Of a stretch of DNA of 64,000 nucleotides, positions 13,068-26,052 are shown piece after piece. This DNA comes from Pristiophorus japonicus (lineage: Eukaryota), in contig NC_091977.1 in assembly GCF_044704955.1 (NCBI RefSeq), positions 38,254,001 through 38,318,000 of the forward strand, given 5' to 3'. The notes under the pieces were generated by a model that worked only from the letters and a program-made list of their open reading frames with translations, was not told the origin of the DNA and did not search any database. Positions within the stretch are counted from its first letter, which is position 1. Every line of letters begins with the position of its first letter. The position numbers and the translations under genes were made by a program.

Positions 13068-14102
13068 GGGGAGAATTTTAACCCGAGAAGAAAAGGGTGT
13101 GTGGGGGTTGGGTGGGAAGTTAAAGTATGAAAAATCTGAATGCCGACCAGAGCCCTCCTCCAACCCGTCCACTTCCAGTTTTAACGGAGGTGGAAGGGGG
13201 GGTGTATGGCCAACTCACTCCCAAAAGAAGGATTTCCTATTTAAATATTATAATGAGGTTGGTGTGCCTCAGATTTAACCACCACTTTACATTTAACAGT
13301 GGCGGATTGGGTTTTGCAAGCCTCGTAAAATCCGACAAGTAATGGAAGGCGGGAGACGGGGACTGTTGGATCTTGGAGGTAATGGCACGGACACGATGGG
13401 CTGAAATGGCCTCCATTCGTGCTGTAAATTTCTATGAAAATTTCAAATAATGCCTTTACACTAACCTCCTGGATCGAGTGTTCCTGCCTAATCTACCCCC
13501 CCCACGATTGCAGACACCCCCATGAGGCCTCCGATCACCCCCCAACCCTCAGTCCTACGAGGCCTTCCCTGAACACCGGTGATTTTCAGGCCGCCCTTGA
13601 TGATTTCTGGTGCCATTCCTCCCCCATCCTCCTCTGGGCCCCCCGATCAGCCGCCGCCAACCTACCCCCCCTCCCCCCCGATCATGCTCTGACCCCGACC
13701 ATTCTCCGGCCCCCAGATCATGCTCCAGCGACCCCCACCCCCCACCAATGCTCCTCCGGCTCCCCAATCATACTCCGACAGCCCCCACCCAGTCCGATCA
13801 TGCACCACCTCCCCCCCAATCATGCTCCGCCTCCCCGCCCCCCCCCCCCCGGGTCATGCTCTGCCCCCCAAATCATCCCCGCCCCCACTAGATCACCCCC
13901 TCAATTCTCTTTGTGGCCTAGCACTGCAGGCCTACTTGCCCGCAGCCAGCCAGCCTCTCCATCTGGCTGGCTGCGGGTGGGAAAACAAAGGTTTCAAATG
14001 CAAATCAGGCTCTGCCATAAAATTCGGCAGAGTTTGCGGGAAAACCGTTCTCCCGGGTTTCCCTACCACTGCCGAACCCGCCAAAGGATTAAAATTCAGG
14101 CT
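13068..14102. mobile_element. Harbinger-type MITE with C-rich internal minisatellite
   Basis: Termini GGGGAGAATTTTAA / TTAAAATTCAGGCT; AAT on both flanks (13065-67, 14103-05); ~60-bp CR1 tail inserted at 13385-13447 with TAATG repeated. Confidence 0.65.
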
Positions 14103-14789
14103 AATGTTTCTTAAAGTAGGGGTTTTAACAGATTAGTTGAGTGGGAAGCCCATTATGAGACAAGGACTTGATGAGGCAAATCGCCTTTTCTCTCTCTGGA
14201 CTTCATTATGTTCTTAAACTGAAAGTCGATGTTCTTGGCAGTTACAAGGTGCAAGACCAGTCAGAATTAGTCAGTTCCTGTGTGATGTTTTTTTGATGAT
14301 CTCTGCAATGATCTCCCCCGCAATGATTTGAAGTTTCAAATTTGAATCACCGGTGTTTCATTTTTCATTTATACTTGCTGCTTCACAGAAAATGCATATG
14401 GTTGATCTCATTATCAGTACCAACTTGCTCTGTGTGATATGAGCAAGGCCTAATTATCATTTCCAAAAAAAAACATAGTGCTTCTTTTTCGAGCAGTTCT
14501 TCTTGTGTGCTTGCTCTTTCAATCAATTCTTATCAAAATTATTGCTGTGCTTCCAATGGGAAAACCAAGCTTGAAGGCAGCACAGATCGGTGATAGGGCT
14601 GATTCATCGGAGTCCTGATTCACCAACTGATCCTCGCTCTTAGGTGCAGCTCCCCACTGGGAGCACCACAACATGGAATTAACCCCCAATGTGCTGTCTT
14701 CTCATTCTTTCTTCAAAAAATGCTTTTTTTATTAATACCATTTTACTTATATTTTTTCTCTTGTCTTCTGATTTTTCCTAATTACATTT

Positions 14790-17637
14790 ATACAATTACA
14801 ACTGTGAGAAGGGATGATATGTTGAAGGGGTCATCAAACGAGGCCATGTGGGTTGAATTGAAGAACAAAAAAGGGGCGATCACGCTACTGGGAGTGTACT
14901 ATAGACTCCCAAACAGTCAGAGAGAGATAAAAGAACAAATAGGTGGGCAAATTGCTGCGAAGTGCAAACACTATGGAGCTGTAATAGTGGGGGATTTCAA
15001 CTAGCCTAATATTTACTGGGGAAAAAGTGGTGTGAATGGTACAGTGGGTGCGGAATTCCTAAAATGCATTCAGGAGAACTTCTTCAGCCAGTATCTAACA
15101 AGCCCAACAAGGGAGGAGGCAGTTCTGGCCTTGGTTTTGGGGAATGAAGAGGGTCAGGTGGAAGGGGTATCACTCGAAACATAGAAACATAGAAAATAGG
15201 TGCAGGAGTAGGCCATTCGGCCCTTCGAGCCTGCACCGCCATTCAATGAGTTCATGGCTGAACATGCAACTTCAGTACCCCATTCCTGCTTTCTCGCCAT
15301 ACCCCTTGATCCCCCGAGTAGCAAGGACTACATCTAACTCCTTTTTGAATATATTTAGTGAATTGGCCTCAACAACTTTCTGTGGTAGAGAATTCCACAG
15401 GAGAACATTTTGGTGCTAGTGATCATAATTCAGTTAGATATAGGACAGTTATGAAAAAGGACAAAGAGGAAAAAAAATTCTCAATTCGGGTAAAGCCAAT
15501 TTTGCTGAACTGAGATGGGATTTGGCCAAAGTGGACTGAAAACGGCTACTCTATCAGTGTCAGAGCAATGGGAGGCATTCAAGGAGAAGATCCTGAGGGT
15601 ACAGAGCAAATATGTTCCCCTAAAATAAAAGGGTGGGGCTAACAAATTTACAGCCTCGTGGATGTCAAGGGACATACAGGGTAAGATAAAGAAAAAAAGG
15701 GAAGCTTATGACAGATACCAAGAACTCAATACTGCAGAAACTCTAGAGGAGTATAAAAGGTGCAAGGATGCAACTAAAAAAAAATCAGGAAAGCAAAGAG
15801 AGAGCATGAAAGATTGTTGGCAAGTAAAATCAGAGCAAACTCAAAGATATTTTATAAATAAAGTAAGAGCAAGAGGATAACTAGAGAAAGAGTGGCGCCT
15901 ATTAGAGACCATAAAGGAAATGTGTGTGTGGAGGCATATGACATTGGTATGATTCTTAATGAATACTTTGCATCTGTTTTCACAAAAGAGAGGGGTAATG
16001 GAGACTTTGTAATGAGGGAGGAGGAGTGTGAAATATTAGATGAGATAAACATAGTGAGAGAGGAAGTATAAGGGGCTTAGCAGCTTTGAAAGTGGATAAA
16101 TCCCAAGGACCGGATGAAATGTATCCCAGACTGTTGAGAGACGAAAAAGACAAATAGCAGAGGCTCTCACCATCATTTTCCAGTTCTCTCTGGCTACAGG
16201 TGTGGTGCCAGAGGACTGGAGGACTGCTAATGTTGTACCTTTGTTAAAGAAGGGAAAAAGTAATAGACCGAGTAATTACAGGTCAGTCAGCCTAACCTCT
16301 GTGCTGGGAAAATTATTGGAAAAAATCCTGAGGGACAGAATAAATCTTTATTTGCAAAGGACAGTCAGTATGGATTTATAAAGGAAAGGTCGTGCCTGAT
16401 TAACTTGATTGAATCTTTTGAGGAGGTCACCAGGAGGGTCAATGAGGGTAGTGCATAGGATGTAGTGTATATGGATTTTAGCAAAGCTTTTGATGAGGTA
16501 CTGCATGGCAGACTGCCCACGAAATTAAAAGCCCATGGAATCCAGGGCAAAGTGGCAAGTTGGATCCAAAATTGGCTCAGAGGCAGGGACCAAAGGGAAA
16601 TGATTGATGGGTGTTTTTTGACTGGAAGGGTATATCCAGTGAGGTTCCGCAGGGCTCAGATCTAGGCCCCTTGCTTTTAGTGGTATACATCAATGACATT
16701 ATTTAAAATTTGGGCTATGATTAAGAAATTTGCAGATGACATTAAAATAGGCTGTGTGGTTGATAATGAAGAAGAAAGCTACGGACTGCAGGAAGATATC
16801 AATGTATTGGTCCGGTGGACAGAACAATTGCAAATGAAATTCAATCTGCATGAGTGTGAGGTAATGCATTTGGGGAGGTCTAACAAGGTAAAGGAATACA
16901 CGTTAAATGGTATGACACTGAAAAGTGTAGAGGAACAAAGGGACCTTGGAGTACAGGTCCACAGATCCCTGAAGGTAGCAGGCCAGATAGATAAGGTGGT
17001 TAAGAAGGCATTAGTCGTGGCATGGAATATAAATACAAGGACGTTATGCTTGAATTGTACAAAACACTGATTAGCCTTCAGCTGGAGTACTGTGTACAAT
17101 TCTGATCACCACATTGCAGGAAAGATGTGATTGCACTGGAAAGGGTACAGAGGAGATTTGCAAGAATGTTGCCTGGACTGTCGAATTTTGGCTATGAGGA
17201 AAGATTGGAGATGCTGGGTCTGTTTTCTTTGGAACAGGGGAGGCTAAGGGGAGACCTGATTGAGGTGTACAAAGTTATCAGGGGCTGGATAGAGTGGATA
17301 TGAAGGACCTGTTTTCCTTGGCAGAGGGGTTAACAACCAGAGGTCATAGATTTAAAGTAATTGGGGAGAGGTTTAGAGGAGATATAAGGGAAAATGTCTT
17401 CACCCAGAGGGTGGTGGGCTCTGGAACGCACTGCCTGAAAGGGTGATAGAGGCAGAACCCCTCATCACATTTAAAAGATACTTGGATGTGCACTTAAAGT
17501 GCCGTAACCTACAGGGCTACGAACCAAGAGCTGGAAAGTGGGATTAGGCTGGATAGCTCTTGGTTGGCCAGTGCAGACATGATGGGCCGAAATGGTCTCC
17601 TTCCATGCTATAAATTACGATGATTCTGTCTATGATT
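14790..17637 (+). mobile_element. 5'-truncated degenerate CR1 (endonuclease to RT to 3' tail)
   Basis: Fragments WVELKNKKG...GDFN, YMDFSKAFD, KFADD; many stops and frameshifts; tail tatgattc. Confidence 0.9.
15176..15400 (-). mobile_element. Young CR1 3' tail inserted antisense into older CR1
   Basis: gaaacatagaaacatagaaaataggtgcagg..., near-identical to the tails at 24.5 kb and 32.7 kb. Confidence 0.9.
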
Positions 17638-17711
17638 CCCACTGCCGGTCAGTCACGCCATTCATTTCTATTTGTGCACTGAGCGGGGGAAGCACATGAG
17701 AGTGTAAAAGA

Positions 17712-18166
17712 CAGAAAAACTTACTGTTATATAGCGCCTATCATGACCAGTAGACTTCTCAAAGTGCTTTACAGAAAATGAAGTACTTTTGGAGTGTAGT
17801 CACTGTTGATATGTGGGACACATGGCAGGCACTTTACTAACAGCCACTCCCACAAACATCAATGTGATAATGACCAGATAATCTGTTTTTGTTCTGTTGA
17901 TTGAGGGATAAATATTGGTCAGGACACTGGCGATAACTCCCCTGCTCTTCTTTGAAACAGTGCCATGGGATCTTTTACATCCACCTGAGAGTTCAGACAG
18001 GGCTTCGGTTTACTGAAAGATGGCACCTCCAACAGTGCAGCACTCCCTCAGCACTGCACTGGAGTGTCAGCCTAGATTTAGGTGCTCAAGTCCCTGGAGT
18101 GGGATTTGAACCCACAACCTTCTGACGCAGAGGCAAGTGTGCTACTTACTGAGCCACAGCTGACAC
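17712..18166 (-). mobile_element. Deu-SINE, full length
   Basis: Reverse complement of the SINE at 1183 (ends ...gagccacagctgacac). Confidence 0.85.
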
Positions 18167-19119
18167 GAGAGTAGAGGTTAGTCTTATCATTTTAGATTAA
18201 AGCTGCCAAACTACTTGACTTCTGCCAACTCGCGTGGAAAGATGCATTTTTTAAATTGCGCATTTCCGTCCTGGTCAAGCCAAAGCATACTGGGGAATGG
18301 AACATTTTCCAATTCCAGGCTGCAAGCCCTTCCAGGTCAGATTGAACTCGGGCAACTGCAAAATAAACTCCTTGCATTCTGCCGGAACCCAAGGAGAACA
18401 AGCTCCATTGCACCAGCCTTTTCCCGCATCATCAATCCTGTGGCCTTGAACTGAATTTGTCAGTTAATAACAAACAGCTTTGTTCAAAAAGTGGGTCGGG
18501 ATTGCTAAATTGATTTCATTTGAGATGCTCACAGCCACCAGAGAGAGAAAATGTCCATCCCACCAACCTGAGCTGGATTCAAAGTCAGATCCCAGAGTTT
18601 TGCAAGGACTCCCAGCACTCCCAGTGGGTAATTTTGACTTCCCCGACCTGGCTGGAAACTGAAGGGTTTGGATCAAATTCCTATCTTACTCCCCGCCTGA
18701 CTTTACTTTACGTTAACTTTAATAGAGCAGGCTAGATATAACGCAGGCAGCCAATCTGATACCATTATTTCCACTCCTCCCCCCACAAATAATTTTAATT
18801 AAGTTAAAATTACCCCTCCCCCCCCCCTCCCCTCACTCCAATCTTTCAGGAAGGACTGTTAAATTGTGTAATGCTGATATTATTCTTCACAATGTAGAAG
18901 CAGTGGTTTAGCATCACCCTTTCTAAGAAAGAGTACCTTTGAAAGAACGCAAGGAAGTGAAATCCTGAATTATAAACAGCAATGACAAAATAAATGGATC
19001 GAGGTATTAGTTCCTTTCATTTTATTTTTAGAAACAAATATTGTATAACTTCAATAAGAAATTTGCTTTAAAAGCAGAAGGAGGTAACGTGCAAGGTCAT
19101 GTTCCTTTTTTGATCTGCA

Positions 19120-19745
19120 CTGGAATTCCTAAACCTCTCTGCCTTTAAGACCCTCTTCAAAAGCTACCTCTTTGACTAAGCTTTTATTCACCTGTCCTCA
19201 TATCTCTTTAAAATCGAGGTATTCGGGGATTAGGAGCCAATGAAGGTCTATGGGCACAGTGGTGACAGGACTTAGTGTGAGTTGGGATAGGACTAATAGA
19301 GTTTTGGATGAGCTTAAGTTTATGTAGGGTTTAAGATGGAAGGCTGGCCAGGAGAGCATTGGAATAATCAAGACTGGCAGTAACAAGAGCATGGACGAGG
19401 GTTTCAGAAGCTGATGGGCTGAGGTGGGGGCAGAGACGGGCCATATTATGGAGGTGTAAGTTGGTGGTCTTGGAAATGAAGAGGATATGGGGTTGGAAGC
19501 TCGGGTCACCGAGGTTACAAACAGTCTGGTTCAGTCTGAGACAGTGGCCAGGGAAGAGAATGGAATTGGTGCTCGGGAATGGAGATTGTGATGGGGGCCG
19601 AAGACAATGGCTTCTGTGTCTACGGATAATGTTGGGGATGCAACATGTAAATGAGGAAAAGAAGGGGGCCAAGAATGAAACCTTCGAACATGCTGGAGGT
19701 GATAATTCAAGGGATAGGAAGAGAAGTGCAAATAAGAAGAGCACA
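19120..19745. mobile_element. Rearranged L2 fragments (+ 19120-19206, - 19207-19745)
   Basis: Minus ORF ...LSPSASETLVHALVTASLDYSNALLASLP (L2 ORF2); plus piece tggaattcc...aaaagctacctctttgac (L2 3' end). Confidence 0.7.
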
Positions 19746-20632
19746 GAATTTTGGTTGCAAATTGGGTCAGATCACTTTGCTTCCTGTGAATACGGTAGGC
19801 ATCTTGTGAGTAAAATGTGGTTCTGGTCACGGAGAAGAAAACAAAATTTGTAACGTCAAAATGAGTTTATTTATTGACTCTAGACAAATACCATTGGCCT
19901 GGAGGGTTAATATTTCTGTCTTGGGTGCAATTATATTGTGTCATCTCATTTTACAGAAGTGATTATAGCTATTAAATTATCCATGTCAGTATGACACAGC
20001 ACTAGACCAAACAAAGCCTGAGGCCATTGACTGATTTCTGCCTGTGCACAACATCTGTGGCATCAGCTGGATGTGGATAGATTGCAACACACAGAGCCTG
20101 TCTAATTAGGCGGCTATGATTTGCAAAAGCCAAATCTTATTGCATTGCCGGTTGGCTCCAGACTGGACTAAATCAGTTACGATTGTATAGTCAGGAGAAT
20201 CATAATCTCAGCATTGGTAGTCAATTGCACACTAATTATCAGGTCCACTTTTCTTTCAACAAATGTTGAAATCAAACCAGGTTCACCGTCCTGAATTTTA
20301 ACCACCCTAATCGTGTTAGTTCGAAATGGAATGCAGCTAAAATGCGAATCTCATTACTGATCAGTTTTGATTTTAAATAGCACATTACAAATGAGAAGGC
20401 CAATGTCATAATTGCCAAATAATCCTGGGCGACTGAAATATTTCTGAACTGCTAAGTTCTAAATGTAAGCATAGTCAGATATCACATTTGCACCTGACCT
20501 TTGCTTTACAATATATTCTTGTGTCCACACAGAAGAAGTGTGATACTAAAATAGTTTCGACATGTAAGCATGGCTCCTTTAAAACGAAGTTCCTGAGTGA
20601 AAATCGCATTGGGAAATACGTGTATTAATTAA

Positions 20633-20911
20633 AACAGAAAATGGTGGAAATACTCAGCAGGTCAGGCAGCATCTGTGGAGCGAGAAACAGAGTTAACGTT
20701 TCAGGTCGCTGACCTTTTGTCAGAACTGGAAAATGTTAGAGATGTAGCAGATTTTAAGCAAGTGCAGGGACAGAGACAAGGGGAAGGGGAAGCAAAAACA
20801 AAAGGGAAGGTCTGTAATAGGGTGAAAAGCAGGAGATATTATATGACAACAGATATGATATTACAACGCAAAAGGAGATAGTAATGGAACAGGTAAGGAA
20901 GCAAAAGATAA
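20633..20911 (-). mobile_element. Penelope-like retroelement terminal (pseudo-LTR) fragment with 15-bp TSD
   Basis: ACGTGTATTAATTAA duplicated at 20618-20632 and 20912-20926; contains a hammerhead-like motif; family assignment is from recalled resemblance to PLE ends. Confidence 0.7.
20691..20727 (-). ncRNA. Minimal hammerhead ribozyme motif, probably inactivated
   Basis: Minus strand AGTT-CTGACAA-A-AGGTC-agc-GACCT-GAAACGTT-AACT: stem I, core CUGAnGA with G>A change, stem II, GAAA, palindromic stem III. Confidence 0.6.
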
Positions 20912-22018
20912 ACGTGTATTAATTAAGTTTGCCCAGTGACATATCATGGGTCACCACAGTCTCCTGGAGATTGCTTGATTGCCTTATGGAGCCAGGGAGG
21001 AATTTTGCAGAATATTTCCTAAAATGTTTCCTCCTGCTTTTTTTTGTTGCTTCCAGAAGTTATTATTTCTCGTGATTAGGAAAGGTGAGGCAGTATCGAC
21101 TGGATAGACTGAGCACTGATGGACCTGATGATCTTTTCTCAACTCTTTATTTCATAAATTAGCAAGCTTCAAGCAACAGAAGAAATGCATGGCCTCACTT
21201 AGAATTTTGAGAGGCTCTGCTCGCAGCACCAAAGCTTTGTTTGACTGGAGCACTGGTTGTTCAGTCATCTATCTGTAATGCATGCTCTCGCCTCAGTTTA
21301 ATTGAGTTGGTCTGGAAAGGTTTTTGGTTGGCTGTAACTTTTGACGAGAGGATAGCCTATCTACTTTTGCCATTAACACTATTTCACTTTTCTAACACTG
21401 TCTATCAAAAGGTGACTGCACTGGGTCAGCTCCGTGAATCTCTGACTGTATCAGAATATGCAGAGGGTACAACGAAACTTCAGAGGGGGCACAAAATGGC
21501 CAGTGCAATGTATGTACATAAGGTCTGCTTACCAACAGGGGGCAATAACGTCGGAAGTCCTAGGGTCATTGGTACACTCGTGCTGGGCCCGGTATATAAC
21601 CTGAACGTCACCTTTGTATCTTCACTTCTGGAAGCCATTAAAGACTGACCAGGTTATAGGCTCACAGTACGGAGTTCATTGTATCATTTCATACACCACA
21701 GGCGGTAGTGCAGTCAATGGAAAAGAAAATCGGGCAGGGTGTTTAACAGACGGCCGATTTGTTACTGCCTATTTTGTGCCCTGATGAAGTTGAATCTTAT
21801 ACTCATAGAATCAGGTGGGGTTGATTTCTCAATAAGAAAAAAGAACGGTTTGCATTTACAAGAGTGCCATTTATGACCTCACAACATCCCAAAATGCTTC
21901 AAAACCAATGAAGACATCAGTAGTGAAGATCTGAATATATTTTCAACGACTGTATGGAAATTTTAGTTCACAAAGTGCCATCAAAAATCTATTTACCAGT
22001 AATCTTTTTAATTGTCCA

Positions 22019-24579
22019 GGAGGGCATCAAACAGGAAATTAGGGGTGCATGCAATAAAGGTGCAGCAGTTATAATGGGTGACTTTAATATGCACATAGAT
22101 TGAGCTAGCCAAACTGGAAGCAATACGGTGGAGGAGGATTTCCTAGAGTGCATAAGGAATGGTTTTCTAGACCAATATGTCGAGGAACCAACTAGGGGGG
22201 AGGCCATCTTAGACTGGGTGTTGTGTAATGAGAGAGGATTAATTAGCAATCTCATTGTGCGAGGCCCCTTGGGGAAGAGTGACCATAATATGGTGGAATT
22301 CTGCATTAGGATGGAGAATGGAACAGTTAATTCAGAGACCATGGTCCAGAACTTAAAGAAAGGTAACTTTGAAGGTATGAGGCGTGAATTGGCTAGGATA
22401 GATTGGCGAATGATACTGAAGGGGTTGACTGTGGATGGGCAATGGCAGACATTTAGAGACCGCATGGATGAACTACAACAATTGTACATTCCTGTCTGGC
22501 GTAAAAATAAAAAAGGGAAGGTGGCTCAACCGTGGCTATCTAGGGAAATCAGGGATAGTATTAAAGCCAAGGAAGTGGCATACAAATTGGCCAGAAATAG
22601 CAGCGAATCTGGGGACTGGGAGAAATTTAGAACTCAGCAGAGGAGGACAAAGGGTTTGATTAGGGCAGGGAAAATGGAGTACGAGAAGAAGCTTGCAGGG
22701 AACATTAAGGCAGATTGCAAAAGTTTCTATAGGTATGTAAAGAGAAAAAGGTAAGTAAAGACAAACATAGGTCCCCTGCAGTCAGAATCAGGGGAAGTCA
22801 TAACGGGGAACAAAGAAATGGCAGACCAATTGAACAAGTACTTTGGTTCCGTATTCACTAAGGAGGACACAAACAACCTTCCGGATATAAAAGGGGTCAG
22901 AGGCTCTAGTAAGGAGGAGGAACTGAGGGAAATCTTTATTAGTCGGGAAATTGTGTTGGGGAAATTGATGGGATTGAAGGCCGATAAATCCCCAGGGCCT
23001 GATGGACTGCATCCCAGAGTACTTAAGGAGGTGGCCTTGGAAATAGCGGATGCATTGACAGTCATTTTCCAACATTCCATTGACTCTGGATCAGTTCCAA
23101 TCAAGTGGAGGGTAGCCAATGTAACCCCACTTTTAAAAAAAGGAGGGAGAGAGAAAGCAGGGAATTATAGACCTGTCAGCCTGACCTCAGTAGTGGGTAA
23201 AATGATGGAATCAATTATTAAGGATGTCATAGCAGCGCATTTGGAAAATGGTGACATGATAGGTCCAAGTCAGCTTGGATTTGTGAAAGGGAAATCATGC
23301 TTGACAAATCTTCTGGAATTTTTTGAGGATGTTTCCAGTAAAGTGGACAAAGGAGAACCAGTTGATGTGGTATATTTGGACTTTCAGAAGGCTTTCGACA
23401 AGGTCCCACACAAGAGATTAATGTGCAAAGTTAAAGCACATGGGATTGGGGGTAGTGTGCTGACGTGGATTGAGAAATGGTTGTCAGACAGGAAGCAAAG
23501 AGTAGGAGTAAATGGGTACTTTTCAGAATGGCAGGCAGTGACTAGTGGGGTACCGCAAGGTTCTGTGCTGGGGCCCCAGCTGTTTACATTGTACATTAAT
23601 GATTTAGATGAGGGTATTAAATGTATTATCTCCAAATTTGTGGATGACATTAAGTTGGGTGGCAGTGTGAGCTGCGAGGAGGATGCTATGAGGCTGCAGA
23701 GCGACTTGGATAGGTTAGGTGAGTGGGCAAATGCATGGCAGATGAAGTATCATGTGGATAAATGTGAGGTTATCCACTTTGGTGGTAAAAACAGAGAGAC
23801 AGACTATTATCTGAATGGTGACAGATTAGGAAAAGGGAAGGTGCAACGAGACCTGGGTGTCATGGTACATCAGTCATTGAAGGTTGGCATGCAGGTACAG
23901 CAAGCGGTTAAGAAAGCAAATGGCATGTTGGCCTTCATAGCGAGGGGATTTGAGTACAGGGGCAGGGAGGAGTTGCTACAGTTGTACAGGGCATTGGTGA
24001 GGCCACACCTGGAGTATTGTATACAGTTTTGGTCTCCTAACTTGAGGAAGGACATTCTTGCTATTGATGGAGTGCAGCGAAGGTTCACCAGACTGATTCC
24101 CGGGATGGTGGGACTGACCTATCAAGAAAGACTGGATCAACTGGGCTTGTATTCACTGGAGTTCAGAAGAGTGAGAGGGGACCTCATAGAAACGTTTAAA
24201 ATTCTGACGGGTTTGGACAGGTTGGATGCAGGAAGAATGTTCCCAATGTTGGGGAAGTCCAGAACCAGGGGTTACAGTCTAAGGATAAGGGGTAAACCAT
24301 TTAGGACCGAGATGAGGAGAAACTTCTTCGCCCAGAGAGTGGTGAACCTGTGGAATTCTCTACCACAGAAAGTAGTTGAGGCCAATTCACTAAATATATT
24401 CAAAAGGGAGTTAGATGAAGTCCTTACTACTCGGGGGATCAAGGGGTATGGCGAGAAAGCAGGAATGGGGTACTGAAGTTTCATATTCAGCCATGAACTC
24501 ATTGAATGGCGGTGCAGGCTAGAAGGGCTGAATGGCCTGCTCCTGCACCTATTTTCTATGTTTCTATGTTTCTATGTTT
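22019..24579 (+). mobile_element. Young 5'-truncated CR1 LINE (2.55 kb)
   Basis: Colinear endonuclease C-terminus + RT; (TTCTATGT)n tail. Confidence 0.95.
22128..24476 (+). pseudogene. CR1 ORF2 (APE endonuclease C-terminus and reverse transcriptase), split by a stop at 22752
   Basis: 208-aa and 552-aa in-frame ORFs; SDHN, LDFQKAFD, PQGSVLGP; catalytic motif reads FVDD instead of FADD. Confidence 0.9.
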
Positions 24580-24744
24580 TATTGTCATACGCTGACTCAT
24601 TAATAGCATTAACATTACCGCAGTGCTACTCGAAAGCTCTGCTTGTGAATGTTTGCTCCATTTAAGGCCTGCTTCATGGTTATCTGATGTCATTTCTTAA
24701 TCAATATCGAATGATGACCAGTTTTATAGAAGAGAAAGTGCAAC

Positions 24745-25285
24745 ATTTTAATGATTTTAACTCCCGAGGGGGAGCATGGCGAAGCGAGGGGCCTCCCCTG
24801 ACTGGGAGTGGCAGCAGGCAGGCTCGGCTGATTTTAATGGCTGGGCCTCAATAGCATGCTGTTTGCTGACTTCCTGGTGAAAATGGCCAGGAAGTCAGCA
24901 GGATGTGGCGAGCAGCCCGCTAAAATCAGCAGACCGCCACCTGGTCTCACATGGTTGGGCCCTGGCACAAGGTAAGTGCTCAGGGAGGAGTACCCCAGTC
25001 ACGGGATTGTGGATTGTGGGTGGGGGGGGGGGGGGGGGGGCGGGGCGGGGTGGGGTGGGGGGTGGAGAATGCCCAGAGCAGCTGATGCTCCAAGTTTCCT
25101 TGTGAGGCCTGGAGGAGCACTTCAGCTCCTCTTGGCCCATAAGGATTTTTTAAATATAAAATAAACTTACCTTGCCTCATCTGGCCCTGGCTCTTGTTCC
25201 AAGCAAGCTTTGCCTGAGTGGTTGGGAGGGGGGATGGAGAAGCCATCACTGCTCACCCACTCAGGCCTCAGGTTAAAATGGCAGA
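24745..25285. mobile_element. Old Harbinger-type MITE
   Basis: GATTTTAAC / GTTAAAAT degenerate ends; convergent donors AAGGTAAGT (~24970) and ACTTACCTT (~25165); central G-run. Confidence 0.45.
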
Positions 25286-25334
25286 GTGGGCCCCGACATT
25301 ATCGGAGTCTTATCCACACATTTAAAGAGGATTT

Positions 25335-25502
25335 TATGTGATCATTATCACATTGCTGTTTGCGGGAGCTTGCTGTGCGCAAATTGGCTGTCCCGTTTTC
25401 TACATTACAACAGTGACTACACTCCAAAAAGTACTTCATTGGTTCTAAAGCAATTTGAGAGGTCTGGTGGTCATGAAAGGCGATATATAAATCTATTTTT
25501 TT
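25335..25502 (+). mobile_element. Deu-SINE 3' fragment
   Basis: atcattatcacattgctgtttg...gaaaggcgatatataaat. Confidence 0.8.
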
Positions 25503-25677
25503 GATTGTATTGGAACTGAATATCAGGCGCTGGGTATAACGGGCAGCCGATCTGACACCACTCCTTTTGAGACAAATTTCTACCCCATCTTGTTTAATCG
25601 AGGAGTCGGCAATCATTTTGAAAAAATAACCATTAAAAAAATATATTCAAACCAATGGGAGTGGAGAACAGTTATAA

Positions 25678-26052
25678 AGAGAAAGAAAGACTGGGATTTA
25701 TATAGTGCCTTTCATGACCAACGGACGTCTCAAAGCGCTTTACAGCCAATGAAGTACTTTTGGAGTGTAGTCACTGTTGTAATGTGGGAAATCTGACAGC
25801 CCTTTGCGCACAGCAAGCTCCCACAAACAGCAATGTGATAATGACCAGATCATCTTTTTCGTTATGTTGATTGAGAGATAAATATTGACCAGGGATAATT
25901 CCCCTGCTCCTCTTTGAAATAGTGGCATGGGATCCACTTGAGAGAGCAATTGGTTTGACGTCTCATCCGAAAGACGGCACCTCTGACTGTGCAGCACTCC
26001 CTCAGCACTGCACTGGAGTGTCAGCCTAGATTTTTTTTGTGCTCAAGACCCT
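25678..26052 (-). mobile_element. Deu-SINE, 5'-truncated
   Basis: Reverse complement of SINE tail and core. Confidence 0.85.

Noticed and set aside
13434-14114. 226-aa proline-rich ORF
   Set aside because: Translation of a C-rich minisatellite within a MITE; several frames are open.
19120-19745. L2 twin-priming inversion
   Set aside because: Pieces are joined 3'-to-3', not 5'-to-5' as twin priming predicts; more likely later rearrangement or two insertions.
21241-21648. 135-aa ORF in unique sequence
   Set aside because: Non-ATG start, no recognisable homology, no convincing splice sites.
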